Shown here in pieces: positions 20,205 to 29,994 of a stretch of DNA of 64,000 nucleotides. The position numbers and the translations under genes are program-made. The notes under the pieces are model-generated. The model searched no databases, was not told the origin of the DNA, and saw only the letters and a program-made list of their open reading frames with translations. The DNA is taken from positions 55,718 through 119,717 of the forward strand of contig JBDTJX010000077.1 in the NCBI GenBank assembly GCA_039935655.1, in the 5' to 3' direction. Every line of letters starts with the position of its first letter. Position 1 is the stretch's first letter. Source of the DNA: Candidatus Dormibacter sp. Lineage in GTDB: Bacteria; Chloroflexota; Dormibacteria; Aeolococcales; Aeolococcaceae.

Positions 20205-20223
20205 GGCTCGACACCACCTGTGG
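20205..20223. promoter_or_regulatory. 8-2-8 inverted repeat GACACCAC-CT-GTGGTGTC in the guaB3 upstream region
   Basis: Seen directly in the sequence. Lies about 175 nt upstream of the guaB3 ATG, inside a 340-nt intergenic region. Candidate dimeric transcription-factor operator or stem-loop. Confidence 0.25.
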
Positions 20224-20397
20224 TGTCCAATGAGCGCAAGCGACACAAGATGCTGCGCTGGCCGGTTCGGGTCCAGCCACCCCTTTGCTACACTGCCTTG
20301 ATGGTGGGGTTGTCGTTGCCCTCTCTGTTCATCACCCAGCCAGCACTGTGCCGCGCTGGGTGTTTCTGTTTTCGGGAAAGCGTTATCGGGAGGCCAT

Positions 20398-21558
20398 ATG
20401 GAGATCGAGCTCGGTAGGGGAAAGATGGCGCGGCGCGCCTATGGCTTTGACGAGGTCGCGCTTGTGCCCGGACGGGTGACCATCAATCCCGACGAGATCG
20501 ATGTGACGTTCGCGCTCAACGGCTCGACATTCGACATCCCTTTCCTGGCCGCAGCCATGGACGGCGTGGTCGACGTCCCCTTTGCCCAGCAGATGGGGCG
20601 CCTCGGCGGCCTTGCCGTCCTCAACCTCGACGGCGTGCAGACCCGATACGAGGATCCCAGCGAGGTTCTCCACGAGATCGCGCAGGCGTCGCCGCAGGAC
20701 ATCAACGTCCTCATCCAGAAGATCTACAGCGCGCCGGTGCAGGACGGGCTGATCGGGCAACGCGTCGAGGAGATCAAGGCAGCCGGTGTGCCGTGCGGAG
20801 TCTCCACGACGCCCGCAGGGGCTGAGCGTCGTGCTCCCATCGTCCAGGAGGCCGGCGCCGACGTCCTGGTGGTGCAGGGGACGGTGCTGACCGCGCGCCA
20901 CGTCAGCAAGAGCTACAAGCACCTCAACTTCAAGGAGCTGACCGCGTCGATCGGCCTCCCCGTGATCGTCGGCAACTGCGTCGATTACGCAACGGCTCTC
21001 GAGCTCATGGACACCGGCGTGAAGGGACTTCTCGTCGGAGTCGGACCCGGCGCCGCCTGCACCAGCCGCGCTGTGCTTGGCGTCGGTGTGCCCCAGGTGA
21101 CAGCCACCGCCGACTGCGCGGCAGCTCGCGACGACCACCTCCGACGCAGCGGTGAACGTGTCGCGATCATCACCGACGGCGGCATGCGCCTCGGCGGTGA
21201 CGTGGCCAAGGCCTTCGCGAGCGGCGCCGACGCCGTGATGATCGGCTCCGTGTTCGCGTCGGCCGAAGAAGCAGCGGGCCGCGGCAACCATTGGGGGATG
21301 GCAACACCCGACGCCAACCTGCCGCGCGGCACGCGTATCCGAACCGGGATCAACGGCAAGCTTGCCGAGATCCTCTTCGGGCCGGCCCACGTCGACGACG
21401 GCAGCATGAACCTGGTCGGCGCGCTCAAGACGTCGATGGGCATGTGTGGAGCGCGTGACATCCGCGACTTCCAGCGCACCGAGATGGTGATCGCACCGTC
21501 GATCAAGACAGAGGGCAAGGTCCAGCAGAGAGAGCAGCGCGTCGGGATGGGGGTTTGA
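20398..21558 (+). CDS. IMP dehydrogenase-related protein lacking the CBS pair (GuaB3-type)
   Basis: TIM-barrel IMPDH fold with [11 protein letters not shown] active-site loop (Cys retained). No CBS insert. Confidence 0.85.
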   Translation: MEIELGRGKMARRAYGFDEVALVPGRVTINPDEIDVTFALNGSTFDIPFLAAAMDGVVDVPFAQQMGRLGGLAVLNLDGVQTRYEDPSEVLHEIAQASPQDINVLIQKIYSAPVQDGLIGQRVEEIKAAGVPCGVSTTPAGAERRAPIVQEAGADVLVVQGTVLTARHVSKSYKHLNFKELTASIGLPVIVGNCVDYATALELMDTGVKGLLVGVGPGAACTSRAVLGVGVPQVTATADCAAARDDHLRRSGERVAIITDGGMRLGGDVAKAFASGADAVMIGSVFASAEEAAGRGNHWGMATPDANLPRGTRIRTGINGKLAEILFGPAHVDDGSMNLVGALKTSMGMCGARDIRDFQRTEMVIAPSIKTEGKVQQREQRVGMGV

Positions 21559-21566
21559 GCCGCGGC

Positions 21567-23153
21567 ATGGCCGTCGCTCCCCAACAGGACTCGATCGCCC
21601 CGGTGGATCCCACCGTCGCCCAGGACACAGTCCTTGTCCTCGACTTCGGCTCCCAATACTCGCAGCTGATCGCCCGCCGCGTCCGCGAAGCCAGGGTGTA
21701 CTGCGAACTGGTTCCCGGCACCATCAGCGTCGACGAGGTTCGTCGCCGCGCGCCGCGCGGGCTGATCTTCAGCGGCGGCCCTGCGTCGGTGTACGACGAC
21801 GGCGCCCCGCTTCCCGACCCAGCCCTCTACGAGCTCGACCTGCCCATCCTCGGCGTGTGTTATGGCATGCAGCTGCTCGCGTTCCAACTCGGCGGCGCCG
21901 TCAAGCCGGCCGAGCGCCGCGAGTACGGGCACGCCTCGATCAGCATCGACGAGCGCAGCGGAATCTTCGACCGGCTGCCCTCGGAGATCGACGTGTGGAT
22001 GTCCCACGGTGACGTCATCACCCAGGTGCCGCCGGGATTCCATTCGGTGGCGCATTCGCTCAACTCCCCCTACGCAGCGATCAGCGGACCCAGCGGACGC
22101 TTCGGCATCCAGTTCCACCCCGAGGTGGTGCACACGCCGCTGGGGCGCGACATCCTGCGCAACTTCCTCATCGACGTCTGTGGCTGCGCGGGCACCTGGG
22201 AGCCGTCGTCGTTCATCGAGATGGCGGTCAACGACATCCGCGCGCGTGTCGGTTCCAGGCGGGTGCTCTGCGCGCTCAGCGGTGGCGTCGACTCCGCGGT
22301 GGCGGCGACGCTGGTGCACCAAGCCATCGGGGACCAGCTCACCTGCATGTTCGTCGACAACGGCCTGCTGCGCCGCGCCGAGGGCGAGCGCGTCGTCGAG
22401 ATCATGAGCCACCAGCGCCACATCGACCTGGTCCACGTCGACGCCACCGATCGCTTCCTCACCGCGCTGGCCGGGGTGGTCGACCCCGAGGAGAAGCGGC
22501 GACGCATCGGTCGCACCTTCATCGAGGTCTTCGACACGGAGGCGCGCAAGCTCGGCGACATCGACTTCCTCGCCCAGGGAACGCTCTACCCCGACGTCAT
22601 CGAGTCGACGTCGCACGACACCCACAACGCGCAGAAGATCAAGACGCACCACAACGTCGGCGGTCTTCCCGAAGACCTGCGCTTCCAGCTCGTCGAGCCG
22701 CTGCGATACCTGTTCAAGGACGAGGTTCGCCAGGTTGGGCTCGCGCTCGGCCTGCCCGAGGACATGGTGTGGCGCCAGCCCTTCCCCGGTCCCGGCCTGG
22801 CCATCCGCATCATCGGCGCGGTCTCCGCGGAGCGCCTCGACACGCTGCGCGCCGCCGACTGGGTGGTCATCGACGAGATCAAGCGCAGCGGCCTGTATCG
22901 CAAGGTGTGGCAGAGCTTCGCCATCCTCACGCCGATCTCGTCCGTGGGAGTGATGGGCGACAACCGCACCTACGCCAATGTCGTCGCCATCCGCATCGTC
23001 GAGTCCGACGACGGCATGACTGCCGACTGGGCCAAGATCCCTTACGACGTGCTCGCCACCATCAGTCGTCGCATCGTCAACGAGGTGGCCGGGGTGAATC
23101 GAGTGGTGTACGACATCTCGAGCAAGCCGCCCTCCACCATCGAGTGGGAATAG
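21567..23153 (+). CDS. guaA: GMP synthase (glutamine-hydrolysing)
   Basis: [17 protein letters not shown] GATase N-terminus, [10 protein letters not shown]-loop, and a conserved C-terminal dimerisation domain ending PSTIEWE. An alternative in-frame TTG at 21555 overlaps the guaB3 stop. Confidence 0.92.
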   Translation: MAVAPQQDSIAPVDPTVAQDTVLVLDFGSQYSQLIARRVREARVYCELVPGTISVDEVRRRAPRGLIFSGGPASVYDDGAPLPDPALYELDLPILGVCYGMQLLAFQLGGAVKPAERREYGHASISIDERSGIFDRLPSEIDVWMSHGDVITQVPPGFHSVAHSLNSPYAAISGPSGRFGIQFHPEVVHTPLGRDILRNFLIDVCGCAGTWEPSSFIEMAVNDIRARVGSRRVLCALSGGVDSAVAATLVHQAIGDQLTCMFVDNGLLRRAEGERVVEIMSHQRHIDLVHVDATDRFLTALAGVVDPEEKRRRIGRTFIEVFDTEARKLGDIDFLAQGTLYPDVIESTSHDTHNAQKIKTHHNVGGLPEDLRFQLVEPLRYLFKDEVRQVGLALGLPEDMVWRQPFPGPGLAIRIIGAVSAERLDTLRAADWVVIDEIKRSGLYRKVWQSFAILTPISSVGVMGDNRTYANVVAIRIVESDDGMTADWAKIPYDVLATISRRIVNEVAGVNRVVYDISSKPPSTIEWE

Positions 23154-24436
23154 GTCCGACCCCGCGGCGCGTCCTGGTCGTCGGTGCCGGGGCCCGCGAG
23201 CACGCGCTCGCCTGGGCCTGCACGCGCCGCCATGGCGACCTGCAGGTCACCTGCGCGCCCGGCAACGGCGGCACCGCGAGCTTTGCCACCAACGTCCCCG
23301 TAGCGGCCGACGACCCGCAGGCCATCGTCCAACTCGCTCGCGAGGTGCACGCCGGGCTGGTCATCATCGGTCCCGACGCCGCGCTCGCCGCAGGCGTCGC
23401 CGACGCCTGCCGCCAGGCGCGCATCGCCGTGTTCGGCCCCAGCGCCGCCGCCGCGCGCGTCGAGAGCAGCAAGTCGTTCGCCAAGCAACTCATGGACACC
23501 GCCGGGATCCCCACCGCGCACTGGCGCGTGGGTGGCGCGGATGACCGAGCCGCGCTGCACGCGTTCATCGACGAGTTGAACGGCCGCTGCGTGGTCAAGG
23601 CGGACGGGCTCGCGCTCGGCAAGGGCGTCGTCGTCTGCGACGACACCGCACAGGCGCGCGCTGCCGTCGCCGCGTGCCTCGACGAGCACCGCTTCGGGAG
23701 CGCCGGCAACCTCGTCCTCATCGAGGAGCGGCTGAGCGGCGCCGAGGTGAGCGTGCAGGCGCTCGTCGACGGCAGCCACATCCGCCTGCTGCCGCCGGCG
23801 CGTGACTACAAGCGCATCGGGGACCGCGACACCGGGCTCAACACCGGCGGCATGGGGGCGGTGACGCGACCGCCCGGGATCAGCGACGCCGTCATCAGCG
23901 GAGTCGAGAGTTCTGTGCTCCGGCCCTGCGTCGACGCCCTCGCCGCCGCCGGCACGCCGTTCTCCGGCTGCCTGTACGCCGGGCTCATGCTCACCCCGGA
24001 CGGCCTGCGTGTGCTCGAGTTCAATGCGCGCTTCGGCGACCCCGAGACCCAGGTAGTCCTCCCGGTCATCGACGAGGACGTGCTCGAGCTGCTCACCGCC
24101 TGCGCTGTCGGTGGCCTGGTGCCCGGCATGGTGCATCGCGGCAGCGAGCCGTCCGCGGTCGGCGTGGTGCTGGCTGCCAGCGGCTACCCGGGCACACCAC
24201 GTCGAGGCGATGTCATCTCTGGGCTGAACACCCTGGACCCCGAGATCCTGGCCTTCCACGCCGGGACGCGGCGCGGTGGCGACAGGCTGCTCACCGACGG
24301 CGGCCGAGTCATCACACTTGTCGCCCGAGGCAGCTCTGTGGACGCCGCGAGGCAGCGGGTGTACCGGGCGGTCACGTCGATCCACTTCGACGGTATGCAG
24401 CTTCGCAACGACATTGGGCTGGACTCGACCGCGTAA
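23144..24436 (+). CDS. purD: Phosphoribosylamine-glycine ligase
   Basis: [17 protein letters not shown]-terminus and an ATP-grasp core. The only in-frame start is GTG 23144, overlapping the guaA stop by 10 nt. Confidence 0.88.
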   Translation: MGIGPTPRRVLVVGAGAREHALAWACTRRHGDLQVTCAPGNGGTASFATNVPVAADDPQAIVQLAREVHAGLVIIGPDAALAAGVADACRQARIAVFGPSAAAARVESSKSFAKQLMDTAGIPTAHWRVGGADDRAALHAFIDELNGRCVVKADGLALGKGVVVCDDTAQARAAVAACLDEHRFGSAGNLVLIEERLSGAEVSVQALVDGSHIRLLPPARDYKRIGDRDTGLNTGGMGAVTRPPGISDAVISGVESSVLRPCVDALAAAGTPFSGCLYAGLMLTPDGLRVLEFNARFGDPETQVVLPVIDEDVLELLTACAVGGLVPGMVHRGSEPSAVGVVLAASGYPGTPRRGDVISGLNTLDPEILAFHAGTRRGGDRLLTDGGRVITLVARGSSVDAARQRVYRAVTSIHFDGMQLRNDIGLDSTA

Positions 24437-24455
24437 CACGCGGGCAAGGAGAGGC

Positions 24456-24950
24456 ATGAGCAGCACGCTGATGGTGGGCATCGTCGTCGGCAGCGAATCC
24501 GACCTCGATGTGATGAGCAAATGCACCAAGGTTCTTGATGACTACGGCATCGGCTGGGAGATCGGCGTGATGTCGGCGCACCGCTCCGGGGATGTGGTAC
24601 GCAGCTACGCACAGCAGGCCACCAAGCGCGGCCTGCGCGTGCTCATCGGCGCCGCCGGCGCCGCCGCCCACCTGCCCGGGGTGCTGGCCTCGCTCACCAC
24701 CCTGCCGGTCATCGGGGTGCCGCTTGCCGCGACGCCTCTTGCGGGCTTCGACTCGCTGCTCAGCATCGTGCAGATGCCGCCCGGAATCCCTGTCGCGACC
24801 GTCGCCGTCGGCGACATGGGCGCCCGCAATGCCGCACATCTCGCCGCCGAGATCATCGCTCTCTCCAACGACGAAATCGCTCAGGCGGTGGCGGAGCACC
24901 GTGCCGCGATGCGCGACACCGCACGCCCGCCCGAGGGCTTCATCCCGTGA
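24456..24950 (+). CDS. purE: 5-(carboxyamino)imidazole ribonucleotide mutase
   Basis: [12 protein letters not shown]...[21 protein letters not shown] Shine-Dalgarno before ATG 24456. Confidence 0.9.
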   Translation: MSSTLMVGIVVGSESDLDVMSKCTKVLDDYGIGWEIGVMSAHRSGDVVRSYAQQATKRGLRVLIGAAGAAAHLPGVLASLTTLPVIGVPLAATPLAGFDSLLSIVQMPPGIPVATVAVGDMGARNAAHLAAEIIALSNDEIAQAVAEHRAAMRDTARPPEGFIP

Positions 24951-25327
24951 GGGCGCGCACACGGATCTCGTCGGGATCCCCGTACGAGCCGCGCATCGGC
25001 TTCAGCCGCGCCATCGCCGTCGACGGTCGCGTGCTCGTCTCCGGCACCGCGCCGGTGTGGTCCGACGGCAGTTGCGACCCCGACCCCGTCGTCCAGGCGA
25101 GGCGTTGCCTGCAGATCATCGAGGACGCCCTCACTGATGCCGGGTCCTCGATGAGCCAGGTGGTGCGTACCCGCATGTTCCTCGTCGATCCCGCTGACGC
25201 CGACGCTGTCGGCCGCGCTCATGGCGAGGTCTTCGGTGAGATCCGGCCGGCGGCGACCATGGTGGTCGTCAAGGCGCTGCTCGATGAGCGCTGGAAGGTG
25301 GAGATCGAGGCCGAAGCCGCCCCCTGA
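24947..25327 (+). CDS. RidA/YjgF family reactive-intermediate deaminase
   Basis: 126-aa YjgF-like sequence. GTG start overlaps the purE stop (GTGA). Confidence 0.78.
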   Translation: MRARTRISSGSPYEPRIGFSRAIAVDGRVLVSGTAPVWSDGSCDPDPVVQARRCLQIIEDALTDAGSSMSQVVRTRMFLVDPADADAVGRAHGEVFGEIRPAATMVVVKALLDERWKVEIEAEAAP

Positions 25328-25507
25328 TCGGCCATCTACCGTACCGACGACTCCACCGCCCCGGACAATACTTTCGCCGTGCGATGGCGCATGGGGGGCG
25401 ATCAATTTGGTCATCCCGTGTGCGCGCTTCCCCGCGATCGGTCACAACGGCGCCTTTTGCGGTAACAATGCATCCCGTGGGGTCACGCACACGTACGAGG
25501 AACTGAG

Positions 25508-26404
25508 ATGAAGGCACAGGGCAATCGAGGATCAACCAATCGCGTGGCCGGAGCCGCCGCAGTCCTGTTTGCCGGCACGATGGCGGCACTGATTGCACTG
25601 CCAACGACCGTTTTTGCGTCGACAGCTCCGGGACTGGGCACCGCGAAAGCCTATGCCGTGCTGGCCGGTACCCCCTCGATCACCAATACCGGCCCGAGCG
25701 TCATCAGCGGCAGCGTTGGCATCTCTCCAGCCGCCTCGGTCATCGGGCTTGGCGGACTGCCAAAGGGAACAGTGACCAACGGGACGATCCAGGCCGGCAC
25801 GGCCGCGGCGGGCATCGCCAAGGGCGACCTGACCACGGCGTACCTTGCGGCCAAGTCGTCTCCGTGCAACTTCAACGAGACCGGAGTCAACCTCGGGGGC
25901 AAGACCCTCACGCCCGGCACGTATTGCCAGACCACCGCACCGACGCTGACCGGGATCCTGACGCTCAGCGGTAACGGGGTGTTCATCTTCCAGGCTGGAA
26001 GCACCCTGGTCACCGCCCCCGCCGCCGTCGTTCGCCTCACCAACGGGGCTCAGCCCTGCAATGTGTTCTGGCAGGTCAGCAGCTCGGCAACTCTCAATAC
26101 CACCACGACCTTCGTGGGAACGATCATGGCACTGACCGATGTCCACGTCCGAACTGGCGCGAGCATCGCCGGCCGTGCGCTGGCGCGAAACGGCACCGTG
26201 ACGCTGGACACCAACCGAATCACTGCCCCAACCGGCTGCAACGCCACCACCGTCAACGGCCCGGGCGTTCCGATCCCGTCGACCGGCGCAGCCTCCGGCT
26301 CGATGCCCGCTGGCAGCGTCCTGGTCATGATCGGGAGTGGCTTGGTAGTTTTGACGGGTGGTGCCACGGTCAACCGCCGCAGACGGGCTCGCGCTCGAAG
26401 GTAA
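25508..26404 (+). CDS. Secreted DUF3494 (ice-binding-like beta-helix) protein with a sortase-type C-terminal sorting signal
   Basis: Signal peptide (AALIALPTTVFA). Core motifs LTPGTYC, IFQAGSTL, NGAQPCNVFWQV and GRALARNGTVTLDTNRIT match the ice-binding-like family. C-terminus has IPSTG, then a hydrophobic stretch, then RRRRARARR. Confidence 0.7.
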   Translation: MKAQGNRGSTNRVAGAAAVLFAGTMAALIALPTTVFASTAPGLGTAKAYAVLAGTPSITNTGPSVISGSVGISPAASVIGLGGLPKGTVTNGTIQAGTAAAGIAKGDLTTAYLAAKSSPCNFNETGVNLGGKTLTPGTYCQTTAPTLTGILTLSGNGVFIFQAGSTLVTAPAAVVRLTNGAQPCNVFWQVSSSATLNTTTTFVGTIMALTDVHVRTGASIAGRALARNGTVTLDTNRITAPTGCNATTVNGPGVPIPSTGAASGSMPAGSVLVMIGSGLVVLTGGATVNRRRRARARR

Positions 26405-26418
26405 CGCCGAGCGGGACT

Positions 26419-26691
26419 TCATCGCTGCAGTACGAAGGTCACCGCGAGAGCGACAAGGACAGCGGCGCCGAGGAGTCGCCGAAACGGGTTGACCCCGCGA
26501 AGGACCTCGTCGCCGGCCCACACCACGAGTCCGAGGGTGCCCACCACGGCGAGTGCTGTGTCGAGCGCGCCGGAGGGGTGAGCAATGCGTCGCAGCACCC
26601 AGACGACCAAGAAGACCGCCAAGGGGACGTTGGGAAGCTGGACGATGGTGATCTTGCCGGTGCGGCGACTCCGGAAGAGCCAGCGGAGCAT
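26419..26691 (-). CDS. Small hypothetical membrane protein (90 aa, 2-3 TM)
   Basis: High GC3 from ATG (complement of 26689-26691). The upstream part of ORF 26419..26949 is Arg-rich junk. Divergent from the carboxylase operon. Confidence 0.5.
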   Translation of the reverse strand: MLRWLFRSRRTGKITIVQLPNVPLAVFLVVWVLRRIAHPSGALDTALAVVGTLGLVVWAGDEVLRGVNPFRRLLGAAVLVALAVTFVLQR

Positions 26692-26729
26692 GGGGCCACG
26701 GTACCGGGCCGTCCCTACAATCGGTCGCC

Positions 26730-28532
26730 ATGCCGCGTCTAGAGCTCGTCGAGTGCTCGCTGCGGGCCGGACAGCAGGCGCTGCTGCTGAGCCGCTTGCG
26801 CAGCCGCCACGCCATCCCTGTGGCGCGGGCGCTGGAGGGCTGCGGGTTCGCAGCCCTCGACGTCTTCGGCGGATCCACCTTTGAGGCGTCGCTGCGATTC
26901 CTCGGTGAGGACCCCTTCGAGCGGCTTCGCGCCATCCGTGAGGCGGCACCGTCGAGCACGTTGCTGGCGTCGCTCGGTGGCCAGGCGCTGACCGGCCATC
27001 GCCAGGTCGGCGATGACGTGGTCGACGCCTTCATCAAGGTCGCCGCCGACGCCGGTGTGGACCGCTTTCGCATCCACGACCCGCTCAACGACGTCCGCAA
27101 CGTGCGCCGCGCCGTCCAGGCCGCGCGCAAGGCAAAGCGCCAGGTGGACGCCGCGATCATCTACGCGGACTCGCCGCGCCACGATCCCGACCAGCTCGTC
27201 GCACTTGCCGAGCAGCTCACCGAGCTCGGCGCCGACGCGATCTGCATCCACGACCCCCTTGGGCTGCTCGGCGTGGCCCGTATCGGCGACCTCGTCAAGC
27301 GGCTGGTTGAGGCGACCAAGCTGCCGGTGTCGCTGTCGTTGTCGGCGCAGACGGGACAAGCGGAGTTCGCGGCCTACGCCGCCGCCATCGCGGGTGCATC
27401 CAGCCTCGACGTCGCCCTGGCACCACTGGCCGGGGGCGCCTCTGTGCCACCCGCCGAGGGCGTTATCGCGGCGCTGCGCGGCACCGAGCTCGACACGGGG
27501 ATGAACCTCGACGACGTGACCGCGGCGTCGGCGGAGCTCGAGCACCAGCTGTCCGCTTACGCGTCCGTGGTCGACATCCCCGCGCTGCACATCGACAGTG
27601 CCGCGCTGCGCGGGCAGCTACCGCCCGCCGCCATGGGCCACGCCCTCGAGGAGTTGCGCGACCGCAACCAGCTCGACCGCCTCGACGACGTGGAGATCGA
27701 AGCCCAGCGTGTGCGCGCCGAGCTCGGCCACCCGCCACTGGTCACACCCATCATCGAGATCGTCGCAACGCAGGCCGTGTACAACGTCTGCGACGGCGAC
27801 AGGTACGCCACCGTCAGCCAGGAGGTCAAGGACTACTGCCTCGGCCTGTACGGGTCCCCGCCGTACCCGATCGATGCCGAGGTGCGCCGGCTGGTCAACG
27901 GTCGCGAGGAACCGATCACCATCCGCCCCGCCGACCTCCTCGAGCCGGCGCTGCCGACGCTGCGACGAGAGTTGAAGCGCGAGGGCGTCGACAAGCCCGA
28001 CGACGCCACCGTGGTCAGCTTCGCTCTGTTCCCCGGTGAGACGCTGGCGCTGCTGCGCGGCGAGGTCGTGCCCGAGCGGCTCGGCGACGAGGCGAAGCCG
28101 GAAGCCGACGCGGACGCCGCCGTGTCCGCCGAGGGGACGGACGTCGCCGTTGTCACCGCCGATGGAGAGCCGGATGCTCAGCCTGCCGATGTGCGCGAGC
28201 TCACCGTCGAGGTGGACGGGCAGAGCTACAGCGTGCGTGTCCACGGCGCCGGGGTCGGCGGCGGTGGCGGCGCACCGGCGGGTGCGGCCGCCGCGGTGGG
28301 CGGGGCGCCGGTTGCCCGCGACGGCACCATCGTTGCGCCGATGCAGGGTCTGATCCTCAAGGTTTCCGTCAAGGTTGGCGACAAGGTGGGGCTCGGCGAC
28401 GTGGTCGCTGTCCTCGAGGCGATGAAGATGCAGAACGACGTCACCGCCACTCGCGCGGGAACGGTGACCGAGGTGCACGTCAAGGAGGGCGACGTGGTCG
28501 GGCCACGCGCGCCCATCGTGCAGGTGGACTGA
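26730..28532 (+). CDS. Pyruvate carboxylase subunit B-like protein: carboxyltransferase (5S/TIM-barrel) domain with substituted active site, plus a C-terminal biotinyl (BCCP) domain
   Basis: Aligns end-to-end with pyruvate carboxylase/OadA carboxyltransferase domains (FRIHDPLND matches FRVFDxLN; the C-terminal BCCP has EAMKMQN). The canonical catalytic and metal-binding residues are replaced: RDAHQS becomes RAGQQA, the carbamyl-lysine motif CIKDMAG becomes CIHDPLG, and HIHTHDTSG becomes SLSLSAQTG. Confidence 0.8.
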   Translation: MPRLELVECSLRAGQQALLLSRLRSRHAIPVARALEGCGFAALDVFGGSTFEASLRFLGEDPFERLRAIREAAPSSTLLASLGGQALTGHRQVGDDVVDAFIKVAADAGVDRFRIHDPLNDVRNVRRAVQAARKAKRQVDAAIIYADSPRHDPDQLVALAEQLTELGADAICIHDPLGLLGVARIGDLVKRLVEATKLPVSLSLSAQTGQAEFAAYAAAIAGASSLDVALAPLAGGASVPPAEGVIAALRGTELDTGMNLDDVTAASAELEHQLSAYASVVDIPALHIDSAALRGQLPPAAMGHALEELRDRNQLDRLDDVEIEAQRVRAELGHPPLVTPIIEIVATQAVYNVCDGDRYATVSQEVKDYCLGLYGSPPYPIDAEVRRLVNGREEPITIRPADLLEPALPTLRRELKREGVDKPDDATVVSFALFPGETLALLRGEVVPERLGDEAKPEADADAAVSAEGTDVAVVTADGEPDAQPADVRELTVEVDGQSYSVRVHGAGVGGGGGAPAGAAAAVGGAPVARDGTIVAPMQGLILKVSVKVGDKVGLGDVVAVLEAMKMQNDVTATRAGTVTEVHVKEGDVVGPRAPIVQVD

Positions 28533-29974
28533 TGTTCACCAAGGTGCTGGTGGCCAACCGGGGCGAGATCGCGCTTCGGGTCATCCGCGGTTGCCGCGAC
28601 CTCGGTATCGCAACCGTCGCCGTGCACAGCGAGGCCGATCGCACCGCCGCGTTCGTGCTGCTCGCCGACGAGGCCGTGGAGATCGGTCCGGCGCCGTCGG
28701 CGCAGTCGTACCTGGTCATCGACCGCATCATCGAGGCGGCGAAGTCAACCGGTGCTCAGGCCATCCACCCCGGCTACGGGTTCCTCAGCGAGAACCAGGC
28801 GTTCGCACGCGCCTGTGCGGAGAACGGCATCACCTTCATCGGTCCCAGCCCCGAGGCGATGGCGGCGATGGGCGAGAAGGTGCCGGCACGCCAGCGCATG
28901 CGCGACAGCGGCGTTCCCATCGTGCCGGGCAGCGACGCGCTCGAGGACGTCGAGTCCGCGCTCGCCGCCGCCGGCGAAGTTGGGTACCCGGTGCTCATCA
29001 AGGCGTCGGCGGGCGGCGGTGGCATCGGCATGCGCGTCGCCCATGACGAGGGTGAGTTGCGCGAGGGCCTCGAGGCCGCGCGGAGCACCGCACGGCGCGC
29101 CTTCGGCAACGCCACCGTGTTCCTCGAGCGCTACGTCGAGTCGCCGAGACACATCGAGATCCAGGTGCTCGCCGACACCCACGGCAACATCGTCCACCTC
29201 GGTGAGCGCGAATGCTCGATCCAGCGCCGCCACCAGAAGATCCTCGAGGAGGCGCCGTCGCCCACCATCGACGCGGCGACGCGTGCGCGGATGGGTGAGG
29301 CAGCCGTGACGGCGGCGCGCGCCGTCGGGTACGTCAACGCCGGCACTGTGGAATTCATCTACAGCAAGGGCGAGTTCTTCTTCCTCGAGATGAACACACG
29401 CCTGCAGGTGGAGCACCCCGTCACCGAGCTCGTCTACGGCGTCGACCTCGTCGTCGAACAGCTGCGCATTGCCGCCGGCGAGAAGCTGACGCTGCTTCAG
29501 GAGGACCTGGTGCCGCGCGGCCATGCCATCGAGTGCCGGGTCAACGCCGAGAAGTACGAGAAGAACTTCATGCCGTCGCCGGGACAGGTCACCGGTTATC
29601 GCGAGCCCAGCGGTCCGGGTGTGCGCGTTGACTCGTCGCTGGCAGCGCCGGGGATGGTCTCGCCCAACTACGACCCGATGATCGCCAAGTTGATCACGTG
29701 GGGTCCGACTCGGGAGCTGGCGATCGCGCGGATGCGTCGCGCGCTGCTCGAGTACGCCATCGTCGGCATCAGCACCAACATCGCGTACCACCTCGCCATC
29801 CTCGGCGCCCCGGACTTCATCGCCGGTGACTACACAACGCACTTCATCGATGGGCACCCTGAGCTGGTCGCGCAGGCGCAGTCGTGGGAGGAGCGCCGCC
29901 AGCCATTCCTGCGCGTGCTGCGCGACCCTGCCAGGGCAGCGGCCATCGCGGCGGCCGTGGTGTCGATCGGCTGA
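28532..29974 (+). CDS. Biotin carboxylase subunit (AccC/PycA-type, ATP-grasp)
   Basis: KVLVANRGEIALRVIR, HPGYGFLSEN, GYPVLIKASAGGGG, HLGERECSIQRRHQKILEEAP, EMNTRLQVEHPVTE and YDPMIAKLI are present. The catalytic residues appear intact. Start overlaps the upstream stop by 1 nt. Confidence 0.9.
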   Translation: MFTKVLVANRGEIALRVIRGCRDLGIATVAVHSEADRTAAFVLLADEAVEIGPAPSAQSYLVIDRIIEAAKSTGAQAIHPGYGFLSENQAFARACAENGITFIGPSPEAMAAMGEKVPARQRMRDSGVPIVPGSDALEDVESALAAAGEVGYPVLIKASAGGGGIGMRVAHDEGELREGLEAARSTARRAFGNATVFLERYVESPRHIEIQVLADTHGNIVHLGERECSIQRRHQKILEEAPSPTIDAATRARMGEAAVTAARAVGYVNAGTVEFIYSKGEFFFLEMNTRLQVEHPVTELVYGVDLVVEQLRIAAGEKLTLLQEDLVPRGHAIECRVNAEKYEKNFMPSPGQVTGYREPSGPGVRVDSSLAAPGMVSPNYDPMIAKLITWGPTRELAIARMRRALLEYAIVGISTNIAYHLAILGAPDFIAGDYTTHFIDGHPELVAQAQSWEERRQPFLRVLRDPARAAAIAAAVVSIG

Positions 29975-29994
29975 TACCTGAACGGGACGATGCG

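Noticed and set aside
20985-24529. ORFs 20985..22652 (-) and 23042..24529 (-), antisense to guaB3, guaA and purD
   Set aside because: Junk composition. The conserved purine and guanine genes occupy the other strand.
25532-27160. 542-aa minus-strand ORF spanning the ice-binding-like gene and the pycB-like 5' end
   Set aside because: Low-complexity Arg/Gly/Ser-rich translation that overlaps two supported genes plus the small membrane gene.
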